DNA of 64,000 bases. It comes from Podarcis cretensis (Eukaryota). The notes under the pieces were generated by a model. The model did no database searches, was not told the DNA's origin, and saw nothing but the letters and a program-made list of their open reading frames with translations. Position numbers and translations under genes: made by a program. The stretch covers positions 75,454,001-75,518,000 of the forward strand of contig OX638151.1 in assembly GCA_951804945.1 (NCBI GenBank). The letters are read 5' to 3'. The first letter of the stretch is position 1. Each line of letters opens with the position of its first letter. Below, piece by piece: positions 1 through 11,133 of this stretch.

Positions 1-2815
1 TTGGTGGGCTACCATAAATGGTGGGTAAGTTGTATTTCAGCATGGTCAGAAGTTGCATCATTGTGAATGAAACAGATATTTGAAGAATGCTTTGGGAAGG
101 TAAACAAGTCCATCAAGCAAATTAGTATACCGAATGCTATGAAGTAAATGACTGCCTTGACCCAGAACAGAATGACATTTCTTCAGATGGCCATACATTA
201 ATTTATACCAGATTTGTGGGTGTGTAGCCAATTAAGAAGGGGCCGGCATGACCTGGCTGATTATACATGGCATGCCTGCAACCAAATCTGGCACCATGCC
301 TGTGCACTTTGATCATCTCACTTTTCTCCTGGTGCCACACTGATGGAATTAGTGCAGGTGAGGGGATGGGCAAAGGCCAACTTATATTATCATTATGCAT
401 TAGTTCAAAATCTGCATTGCTAACAAACCACCATGTTAAATTACAGTTGTCTTGTTATGGTTAGTTCTTATATTAGGCCTCCCTGTATTGTTGCATGATT
501 CCAGGGATAGGCTTTAAAGTGACTTCCAACTGTGGCTGAACTTTGACTATTCACAGTTATTTTTCAAAAATCATTAACACAGTAAAACAAATGCTACTCT
601 TTCAATTTACTTCATTTACTTTTCTCTCTTGCTCTCACTCCCAATTGACTTTACCTGTTCTTAGAGTTGTCACCACACAGCCAGAGCTGATCGGCTGTAT
701 GATATCATCCTTTCATTACATGAATCCTGATTAGCTGGCTTCACCCATGTGACAATCTAGACCTGCTAGTCATGAAGAAGCTCTCTCTTCCTCCATCCTA
801 GTAACTTCCTTAAGCTTAGAGATGTAGGTTTCACTCTCTGTCCCCTTTCCAAAAGTGCTGGGTTTGAACAATATTGGTAACATAAGTTCTTCTGATTCGA
901 GCTAGACCTGTCAGTCACAATGAACCTCTTCTTCCACGCCATCTTCCCACTTTGGTGTTTTCTGTTACTTACCCCACCATCCCACCATGGTAAATTTAGA
1001 GGCATGACTTTATTTTTCAACAGATGCTTCTATGCAGCATTATTTTGATGTCTTGATCACCGAGGTGCCACAAATTACTTCAGGAATCTATGATTTGATG
1101 TGCCCACCTCATAGAAATCCTACTTCACCTGTGACCAGCCCCAGATACTTCAGAAGGCATCTCTCTTCACCTCAGGTTTTGCCCAAATCTGATGCATGTT
1201 GAAATTACATGTTGAAATTACATCTGATGATGACCGCTTCAGACAATGACCTGTTTGCTCAACCGTACTGTATTATCAAGCTCCAGAATCAATCATATTT
1301 GGTGGAAAGGTGGGAAACAGATTTAACAAAGGAACCACAAATAAATAATAAGCATAGTTTTCTCATCCAAAATGATCCTAGGCTGAAATCCTAACCATGG
1401 ACTCTTTTCTGGGGGTACATGGTAAGGCTCAACTGCACATCTCATAGTGGAACTGGGCTCGGTTTTGATTTAGATTATTTTACTTTGAAATTAGCTCACC
1501 TTTGCCAAATTGAAACAAGTGCTTAGCCAGGGATACAAAGTTTATGCAAGCTTGGAATGCATCTACCGGGGAGTAAATCTCATTGAACTCACTGGGACTT
1601 CTGAGCAGACATGTCTAGAATTAGGTGTTACAAAATGAATTGCCAAAAGTAGGATTGTGATTACACCATGATTATGTCTGGCAATTTAAAAATACAAAAC
1701 AATGAATTTCAGCTGTCAGACTGGGCTTATAAAACCTGGCACAGGTAAGCACTTTTGTCTGATACTGAAATTGTGAAACACTTAAGTAGCTGTCTATCCT
1801 GCTCACCAAAGAGCTAATTTGAGGTTATGTCGTATAAAAGTAGGAACAAGAGACCAAAGATTCCAGAACAGGAAAGTCAAATGATGTGGAAAGTTAATTA
1901 TATAACTTGCAGTTTCATAACTTGGATTGTGCTGGGTGGGAAATGGTTGTTTATGATTTATATGCTGCACTAGCAAGACTTTAGCTGAATCTTTTATTTT
2001 CTGTTCTGCTACTCCCTTGTATTCCCTTGGGAAAGAAAAGAAGCCATCAGTTCCCAAACAATGGCTTTGGAAATCACAGTACACCATCAAGTACCATTAT
2101 TTCCCAGGGACATTTGTGGTCCATTTTCAAGGTGCACAGCAGCACTGCACCCTAAAATGATAAGTAACAGTCATTTAATCAGAAAAGAATACACATACAG
2201 GAAAAAATATACAATATAACATTTTATATTGCTGAAAGTAAAGGAAGTATATAAAATAAACTATAAAAATAAAAATAAACACTATAGAGACTCTATCTCT
2301 TCCCTAAAATCATTCTGCTTTCTTCTTTCCCTTTGAAAGTTCCCATCATTTGGGCAGGATGTTGATTTTTTTGTGGGGTGGGGAGGAGAGATGATGTAAT
2401 TTAAGAGGGATTTACTTAGAGATGATTTGAGCTTTAATGATGAATGGGATAACTGATTGGCAGCAGGATCTGGGTAGAATATCAACAGATATAAAATAGT
2501 TGCAGAACTGATCTGGTTATTAATCTGGTGATCCGAAGAATGTATATGGTGTGATCTGTGTGGGTAATTAAGTAGATTTATTGAATGGAGAATTATTTTT
2601 AGGAGAAATTAATTGGATTGCATTCTGTAAAAAATTAAATTCTGGTAATTATTTCTGTATTTGCATATACATTAACATATGCAAATTTGTGCCATCATTT
2701 TCCTGTGATGCACCTAGCCAACCCCAAGCCCATGGGCCTTGAAAAATGTGGTGAATATTTCCCCAAATTTTCTCCCAAATTTGCGCCCTACATTGTCATA
2801 TTGCAGATAATGGTA

Positions 2816-2960
2816 AGGTAAAGGTAAAGGTACCCCTGCCCGTACGGGCCACTCTTGACAGACTCTGGGGTTGTGCGCCCATCTCACTTAAGAGGCCAGG
2901 GGCCAGCGCTGTCCGGAGACACTTCCGGGTCATGTGGCCAGTGTGACATCGCTGCTCTGG

Positions 2961-3003
<43 letters not shown>

Positions 3004-3209
3004 CGCACACGGAAACGCCGTTTACCTTCCCGCTGGTAAGCGGTCCCTATTTATCTACTTGCACCCGGAGGTGCTTTCGAACTGCTAGGTTGGCAGGCGC
3101 TGGGACCGAGCAGCGGGAGCGCACCCCGCCGCAGGGATTCGAACCGCCGACCTTTCGATCGGCAAGCCCTAGGCGCTGAGGCTTTAACCCACAGCGCCAC
3201 CTGCGTCCC
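2816..3209 (-). mobile_element. Sauria SINE, full-length, young subfamily
   Basis: On the minus strand: tRNA-like head GGGACGCAGGTGGCGCTGTGGG with B box GGTTCGAATCC, and an (ACCTTT)n tail. 13-bp TSD GCAGATAATGGTA at 2803-2815 and 3210-3222. Confidence 0.95.
2961..3002. repeat. (CCAGAG)7 hexanucleotide repeat inside the Sauria SINE
   Basis: Seven perfect CCAGAG units; source of the PEPEPE/ARARAR/LWLWLW ORFs. Confidence 0.97.
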
Positions 3210-4271
3210 GCAGATAATGGTATCTGGTTCAAAATGGTTTCGGGGAAGGTTGATAAAGGCAGTAAAGACCTGATTGCATGCATGATAGCACATTTCACAT
3301 CACACTGAAGTCAATATTCATCAGAGAGAAAACAACAGAGGAAGGCAAGGCAGGTTCTGCTGGGTTTGGGAGGAAATAAACTAGAGCTTTTTCCAAGCAG
3401 GCCAAGTAAAAGCAGATCCAGGAAAGGTAAGTCTCTCTCAGGAGGTCAGGACCCTGGTCAGCTCTCAGTGGGCCCTCTTGGCTGAGCTATGAAGGATATT
3501 ATCTCAGACAAGAACTGAAAGCATCTGAAGCCTTACCTCCTTGAGAGATTAGTTGTAGTGATTTGAAGAACCCTTGCCGGATTCTGCAGCTACTGATTCC
3601 TACACCGTGGAGGGGATAGGGATCTTACTGGGATTACATCTTCTGAGTCTGTAGAAGGCCAGATAATTTTGTCCTTACATTGGGAGGAACCAGGGGAAGG
3701 TGTTTTGAAAGTGTTTCTTACCTTCAATATTTCCTCTAGGTCTGCACCTTTCTCAGGTTAGTGTGAGGGGGCAGCTTTGGAAGTTATATCCAAAATAAAC
3801 AGGCAAGGTTTCCTGGCTGCACCTGGTGAATCACTCTTTACTACTAAATCCACCATCTAACTGGGAGAGAAAAGAGCCACAGCTCCTTCTCCATGTATGC
3901 CCTGCTCCTTTTCCTTGTCCCACCCTCTCCACCTACTGTAGTGATCACACCTTCTGGTATGTTGCCCAGGAAGTGATCAAAAATGCAGATGAAAGGATTG
4001 GTGGGGAATGCTTTGCTTCCTGCTTCGTTGGTGTTCTTAAACGTAACAAGTAAATCTCTGGATTGCAACCTGACAACCCTGCAATGATTTTATGTAATGC
4101 AGGACCAATCCCTTTGAATATTTTTTTTTAAAAAACTGTCTGTAGGAGAGGAGGAATGAAGGGGGTGTCCCTTTACAAACTGAAGGTTCAGTATTATTGT
4201 CATTAGCTCAAATGGACCAAAGCCGGGTGCCCCCCATTCTATATTTGTGCATCTGATTATTCCTGCCTCAG

Positions 4272-5168
4272 AATATAGAATGGGGGACACCTGGCTTGAC
4301 AGGAGAATATGTGAAAAAATCTAGGGGTCTTAGTAGACCGCAAGCTTAACATGAGTCAACAGTGTGTTGCAGCAGCAGCAAAAAATGCTAGTGTAATTCT
4401 AGACTGAATCAACAGCAGTATAGAGTCGAGATCAAGAGAAGTAATAGTACCACTCTATTCTGCCTGGGTGGGACGCAGGTGGCACTGTGGGTCAAAGCCT
4501 CAGCGCCTAGGACTTGCCGATCGAAAGGTCGGTGGTTCGAATCCCTGCGGCGGGGTGCGCTCCCGCTGCTCGGTCCCAGCGCCTGCCAACCTAGCAGTTC
4601 GAAAGCACCTCCGGGTGCAAGTAGATAAATAGGGACCGCTTACCAGCGGGAAGGTAAACGGCGTTTCCGTGTGTGGCTCTGGCTCGCCAGATGCAGCTTT
4701 GTCACGCTGGCCACGTGACCCGGAAGTGTCTCCGGACAGCGCTGGCCCCTGGCCTCTTAAGTGAGATGGGCGCACAACCCCAGAGTCTGTCAAGACTGGC
4801 CCGTACGGGCAGGGGTACCTTTACCTTTACCTTTATTCTGCCTGGGTGGGGTGTTAGGGGAGAGGTACTACCTTTTGTGGATATCTAAAGGGCTGTCATG
4901 TGGAAGATGGAGCAAGCTTGTTTTCTGTTTCTCCAGAGGGTAGGGCCCAAATCAATGGATTCAAATTACAAGAAAGGAGATTCCAACCAAACATTAGAAA
5001 TTACCTTTTGATGGTAAGAGCTGTTCATCCGTGGAATGGACTGCTTGGAAGGTCATGGACTGGAGGTTTTTAAACAGAGGTTGGATAGCCCAGCTGTGGT
5101 TCCTGCATCTCAGGGGGTTAGACCAGAGGACCCTTTGCATCCTTTCCAACTCTACAACTCTATGACTC
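4272..5168 (+). mobile_element. CR1 LINE 3' fragment, interrupted by a Sauria SINE
   Basis: Degenerate CR1 ORF2 C-terminus (RMGDTWL..CEKNLGVLVDRKLNMSQQC..SRSREVIVPLYSA; later NGFKLQERRF) and a CR1-type 3' end (CCAACTCTACAACTCTATGA). Confidence 0.85.
4470..4833 (+). mobile_element. Sauria SINE, full-length, young subfamily
   Basis: A/B-box head and (ACCTTT)n tail. TSD TATTCTGCCTGGGT at 4456-4469 and 4834-4847. Nearly identical to the copy at 34627-34985. Confidence 0.95.
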
Positions 5169-6416
5169 AATGCAAAAAAGAAAAGAAAAAATCCACCACC
5201 AAACGAACTGTGCAACAATAACTTCTAGAGCGTTTGCTTTCTTAAACAAATAGAAACAGGAAATATCTACTGCATTTCATTCCTGATTCACCCAAAGCAG
5301 GGGCACAACGGGGATTCATTGCACATGCACACGCACACCACCTACTAGTTTTGCAGAAGCCTCATTGAAATGAGTGGAGGATGCAGTGAAACAAGGGGAA
5401 TGACTGTATTGGATGAGACACCCTAACGAAAGCCTTTCCCTCCTTTCCCTTGTCTTCTTTTACCGCCTCCTCTAAGCTGTCTTTCGTGTGGCAGCCAAGC
5501 CCTTCCTCCTACAGAATAAGTTCACAAATACTTACATCACCCCTGACTATTTTCCTCTGATTGGATCTAAAGGAAATATTGCTGCACTTGGTATACTGTA
5601 ATTCCAAGTAATAATTGGGTATGTGACCCCATTTCCTGTATGCATATTTCCTAATCCCCAAGAGATCCAGTTTTCTATTGTGTTCCGTGTTAATGGGAGA
5701 AAGTACTTTGGATGTTGATATCAACTTGGAAGGAGCATATTCCTTCACTGGCTCAACAGATTCCGATTTAATGCTTTCAGTTGGGGGTGGAGGGAACAGA
5801 TGAGAAAAGTCCGCAACGATTGTTCAAGCTCTCCTGCAGACATTGACTTGTTTACACAGTAGCTTTATAGGCATGTCTGGTTGGCTACATGAATAAGTAT
5901 GGTTGCAACAGAGCCAAGGGTCTTTTCCAGATTATAATTTTCTTGCACAGCAAAGGCTTTGATATTGCTCACATGTCATCTCTCCAGGTAGCGTTTCTTT
6001 TCTGATTCACCCTGGATCACAAAAGGGCAATATGTTACTGCCAAGAAAATGATTCCTATCCCACAGGCAAGCACTCTTATTATTATAGTTTCTAAGCTGT
6101 CCCTTAAGAATATCCTCCATGAAAAACACCTCTTCTTTCAGTGTTTGTGTGTGTTACTGAGGGGAGAGGGAGCTGTGAACAGAGACAAAAGTGCTTACCT
6201 ATTAAGAGAGATGTCAGAGAACATTGCCCTCACTCTGATTTGGCTTTTTAATGTCACAATATAGCCAAATCAAATTAGTTATATTGCATTATGAAATAAT
6301 AATCCTAGCTATGTGATCCTTTCTTGCATAGGATGAAATCCTCTGGAAGAACGCTAGTTTAAAAATAGTACCAACGTAGCTGTGGAGAAAGGCAATGAAT
6401 TAAATTAAGGTGAAGT

Positions 6417-6452
6417 TGTGTGTGTGTGTGTGTGCGTGTGTGTGTGTGTGTG
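6417..6452. repeat. (TG)n microsatellite
   Basis: About 18 TG units with one CG interruption. Confidence 0.97.
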
Positions 6453-6958
6453 GCTTTTGAATGATATTTTGAGGGCTACAAAACTCATATTTTGCACTGA
6501 ATATGCTCATGCCTCCCACAGAATTTTTACATCCCCAATCATTTTTAATGCGATCAGTATGATGGTGGTTGCCAAAGTGTTGAAAGCACTTGCCACAGAT
6601 ATTAGGTCACAGACATAAATCTCATCTTTTCTGCCTACACAGTCTTGTGGTCATTTTGAGGACTTTTGGATATGAGCTGCTGTTCCAAGTATGCAGCTCT
6701 CTCAAAACAAGCCTAGGTTGCCTCCTCACTTGAGCCTTTAGTGTTGCTGCGTTATTATTTCTTTGTAGTTAGTTGGAAGCGCACTGAAAATGGTGGTTCC
6801 TTACATCACTTAATAGAGCACTTTATTATCCAGCAATGTCTTTACCTGTTGACTTCTATACTGTTACTTTTTACACAGAACTAAAAAGGTATCTTCCAAT
6901 GCTAACTGAAAGTCTCACATTTGCAGGCACATCCTGGTTTATTTCCTTTGATTCAGGT

Positions 6959-8537
6959 CGGGTGGCGGGATTCAAATTAAACAAACAGAAAACTAAAGTG
7001 CTGGGGAAAAATTTGACAGATACAGAGTCAGAACGGTTTCAGAGAGAGACAGAACTAACTGTGGTTAAAAAAGTAAAGTACCTAGGGGTAAACATAACAG
7101 CAAAAAATCTGAGTCTTTTTAAGGATAATTATGAAAAAATGTTGGTCAGAAATTAAGAGAGACTTAGATAGTTGGACAAAATTGAAACTTTCTTTGTTAG
7201 GCCGAATTGCTGCTATCAAGATGAATGTATTGCCAAAAATGTTGTTTTTGTTTCAAACATTACAGATTGTGGACAAGACGGAGTGCTTCCGGAAGTGGCA
7301 GAGAGATATTTCTAAGTTTGTCTGGCAGGGCAAAAAGCCAAGAATCAAGTATAAGATATTAACTGATGCGAAAGAAAGAGGGGGCTTTGCCCTGCCAGAC
7401 CTAAAGTTGTACCATGAGGCCGCAGCTTTCTGCTGGCTAAAAGATTGGCTACTTCTCGAGGACACTGATGTATTGGATCTGGAAGGTTTTAACAATGCTT
7501 TTGGTTGGCATGCATATTTATGGTATGACAAGGTTAAGATCAATAAGGCCTTTAAGAACCATATTGTCAGAAAAGCAGTGTTTAATGTCTGGACAAAATA
7601 CAAAGACTTACTGGAAAATAAAACTCCAAGGTGGCTTTCACCGCTGGAAGCTAAGGCCCGAAAAAGACCCAATATGGAGGCCAAATGGCCAAAATATTGG
7701 GAAATATTAGAAAAAGATGGAGACAATTGGAAATTGCAGAGTTTGGAGAAAATTAAGGACAAAGTGCGAGACTGGTTACATTACGCTCAGATTAATGAAG
7801 TTTTTAAAAACGACAAAAAGTTAGGGTTCCGGGTGGAGAAATCGAAATTGGAAACAGAACTGTTAGAACCTAAGACTAAGATACTTTCAAGAATGTACAA
7901 CCTGCTGTTAAAATGGAATACACAAGATGAAATGGTTAAATCGGCTATGATAAAATGGGCACAGGACATTGGGCACAACATTATGTTTGAGGACTGGGAA
8001 GGGTTGTGGACCATTGGGTTGAACTTCACTGCATGTAATGCTTTGAAGGAAAATGTAATGAAAATGATATATAGATGGTACATGACCCCAGTTAAACTTG
8101 CCAAAATATACCATTTGTCTGATAACAAATGTTGGAAATGTAAAGAAAGTGAAGGAACATTCTTTCACCTCTGGTGGACTTGCCCTAGAGTGAAGGCTTT
8201 CTGGGAAATGATATATAATGAGCTGAAAAAGGTATTTAAGTATACCTTCACTAAGAAACCAGAGGCCTTCCTTTTGGGTATTGTCGACCAGGAGGTGTTA
8301 AAGAAGGACCGAACATTTTTTATGTATGCAACAACAGCAGCAAGGATACTTATCGCTAAGCATTGGAAAACCCAAGATCTACCCACACTGGAAGAGTGGC
8401 AGATGCAGCTGATAGACTATATGGAACTAGCCGAGATGACTGGCAGAATCCGAGACCTGGGAGAAGAGAAGGTTGAAGAAGACTGGAAGAAATTTAAGAT
8501 TTATTTTAAAAAGTATTGTAATTTGGTTGAATGTTAA
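6959..8537 (+). pseudogene. L1 ORF2 fragment (end of RT, C-terminal domain with CCHC knuckle)
   Basis: VAGFKLNKQKTK..VKYLGV, then LSLLGRIAAIKMNVLPK, GGFALPDLKLY and CWKCKESEGTFFHLWWTC. One +1 frameshift in an A-run at ~7134-7139; otherwise open (468-aa ORF 7131-8537). Confidence 0.93.
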
Positions 8538-8836
8538 GAAGGATGCTAGATCATAAATAATTGACCACCATTAAATTAGATGGAATTAGGATGATAAGTA
8601 GATTGAGGAGAATATAAACCACTTGGAGAACAATTAGATTATGTTTAAAAGAATGGGACCTAAGAATTTAAATAAGATGATAATTTGCTGGTTAAAATTT
8701 AAGACGATGTAAGTGGGAGCGGGAGATGTGAGGAAGTCCAAAGAGGTTTTGAAAATATGTTATGATATATGCTATATTGTTGACTATTTTTGCATTTGTA
8801 TTCAAAAAATCTTAATAAATATTTATAAAAAAAAAA
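6959..8836 (+). mobile_element. L1 (LINE-1) insertion, 5'-truncated
   Basis: 19-bp TSD TATTTCCTTTGATTCAGGT at 6940-6958 and 8837-8855. AATAAA at 8814, poly(A) at 8827-8836, ORF2 C-terminal half. Confidence 0.95.
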
Positions 8837-8914
8837 TATTTCCTTTGATTCAGGTGAGGATTAAGATGTATTATTACATATAGATGTATTATAGATGTAA
8901 TTATTATTACATCT

Positions 8915-9094
8915 ATAGCCCATCTTTTATATCCTCCAAGTAACCCAAGGTGGCATACGTGGTTCTTCCCCTCCCCATTTTATCTTCACAAAAAAAAATC
9001 CTGGGAGGTAGACTAGGCTGAGAGATATCGTGATTGGCCCTAGATATCTCCCAGGCCCTAGTACAGCACTCTAACCCCTATAGCGCACTGGCTC
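8915..9094 (-). mobile_element. MIR/Ther1-type CORE-SINE (Squam3-like), decayed
   Basis: CORE-like CCCCATTTTATCTTCAC..GGGAGGTAGACTAGGCTGAGAG and a tRNA-like end CACTCTAACCCCTATAGCGCACTGGCTC. Confidence 0.65.
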
Positions 9095-10140
9095 TATGGG
9101 CATTGCACATCACTTCCTTTGCACTGTATTTCATTGTCAATGCACCCTTGTGACTGAACACACATAGAGTGTTGACAGGTTCACCCACAGGTGTACCAGC
9201 CCTCACTCCAGCAGTGTGACAGAAAATTTAGCCCAGCTAACATACCATGGTGTTGCTTTCAAAAGGAAACAAGACAGTGCAGATGATATTTGGCAGACAT
9301 TTAATTGTAGTGCAAAGGTTGGAGTTAACAGTGCAAGATAAGTCAAGTGACGCTCTGTTAGTTACCAACTCCTCCAGTGTTTGCCTGGAGGTAACAATGC
9401 GCTCACTGTTACTAATAAACCTAATTACTCCCACTACAAGAGAAATTAGTCAGGGGGAAAGATCCAGCATGTGTAAACAGGATGATTAGCTGTTGGTTTC
9501 ACTTTCGCAAAGACTCTTCATTCTGGCTAAAAAGGCCTAACTTTTGCAAGGTGACAGGTTTGCAACCAGCAAGGCAGAGATGTAGTTATAATTCAGTCCT
9601 TCTAGCTTCAAGTGCTATATTTGGGTTACTATGAGGCTGGTACATTACACAAAGGTTCATATGGATGCTTCCTAGTTCTCTCTTTTTGAACACTGGGCTT
9701 CCATAACCTCCAACAGGTCCACGCCAAAAAATGGGCCACACACCTTCTGGGCTGTGCTCCCAGGAACGTCAAGTGATCCACATGAGCCCAAAACCTTGCT
9801 TTTGGGGGCACCATACTTTTGAGAGCACAGCCTCCCCAAATGGGATGGCCTGTTTTTATCAGAGCAATTGAGGGGTATGGGCTTCCTGGGACTCCCACTC
9901 CAAAAGCTTTAGATGACAATCCTGATGCATGAATGGATGGATCAAATTCATATCCTGCCTTTCCTCCTAAGGAGCTCAGATCTGAATACTGCAAAGGGCT
10001 GTTCAGTTTAAAAACAAAGGAAAATAAGAAGGGAGAGCAGAGACCTTGACATTGTGGATCAACGATTTGTGCCTGGATAGCAAGTTGAACAAGACACACA
10101 CATTACCTGGTCATAGGCTTTCTCACTACAGTGAGATGTA

Positions 10141-10385
10141 CAGTGGTACCTCGGGTTAAGTACTTAATTCATTCCAGAGGTCCGTACTTAACCTGAAACT
10201 GTTCTTAACCTGAAGCACCACTTTAGCTAATGGGGTCTCCTGCTGCTGCCGCTGTGCCACCGGAGCACAATTTCTGTTCTCATCCTACAGCAAAGTTCTT
10301 AACCTGAGGTACTATTTCTGGGTTAGTGGAGTCTGTAACCTGAAGCGTATGTAACCTGAAGCGTATGTAACCCGAGGTACCCCTG
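10141..10385. mobile_element. Tc1/mariner (Tigger/pogo-type) MITE
   Basis: TIRs CAGTGGTACCTCGGGTTA / TAACCCGAGGTACCCCTG; TA on both sides; repeated internal TAACCTGAAG motifs. Confidence 0.92.
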
Positions 10386-10997
10386 TATTTATATTTAAAT
10401 TATAGCCATTTTTTCTAAATTTGGATCTATTTGTCTACGTTAGTGTATATCTGTGCCATCTTTTGCTCTTTTATGTGATACATTTCCTCACTGGGGATGA
10501 TACTTAAGCGACCACCCTACCTGTTAGTGTTTTGGAGAAGGGCCAAATGCCTTCACTTTTGAAACCATCCCTTCCAGTGATGCTCATACGTGGGTGAATA
10601 AGGAATACTAACTTATGGGCCAAAGTCTGCAGTGTGTTTGCACTTGTTGGTGTTCCTATTTAATTTGCACAGTCCACATGACACTACAGTCAAACACCAA
10701 TCTCAATGCTGTTCCCTTTGTTTACCTGCAAAGGTGGATCTAGGGAAGCTTAACCAGTTCAATTGCATGGAGCTGCTGGGGCGCTACAGCAGGCCTTGCA
10801 ACTATGAAGTCCAGGGGAAGGCAAGAGGCAGTGGGAAGGAGTTTGGTGTTGCACATGTTGCTGCTGAAATCTGAGATGCCAAGGTCCGCCACTGTTACCT
10901 GTAACGGTGATAATCCAATAAACTGGGGAATATCTGGCTCCAAACTGCTCCAATTGGGGTAGCAGATGACTTTTATTTCAGTCTTTTTGGGTGGATG

Positions 10998-11133
10998 CAG
11001 TGCTATTTTTCTAGAAAAAGAGGTGTCAGAATTCACAATGAATGTATCCCTTGTTCTCTTATAATGGCAGTGGCACCCACCTGAGAGGTGCCGGAACTGA
11101 ACTTCTGCAAGTTCCAGCTGAAAAAAAGCCCTG
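10998..11133. mobile_element. hAT-type MITE
   Basis: TIRs CAGTGCTATTTTTC / GAAAAAAAGCCCTG; 8-bp TSD GGTGGATG / GGTGGGTG. Confidence 0.8.

Noticed and set aside
2796-3298. ORFs with PEPEPE, ARARAR and LWLWLW runs, and recurring MTDSGVVRPSHLRG ORFs (also at 4500, 34666, 55805)
   Set aside because: Chance translations of Sauria SINEs and their hexamer repeat.
4470-4560. tRNA gene
   Set aside because: A and B boxes are present, but this is the tRNA-derived head of a TSD-flanked SINE.
5509-5840. Minus-strand exon ending at GAT|GTAAGT
   Set aside because: Good donor, but there is an upstream in-frame stop and no recognisable protein.
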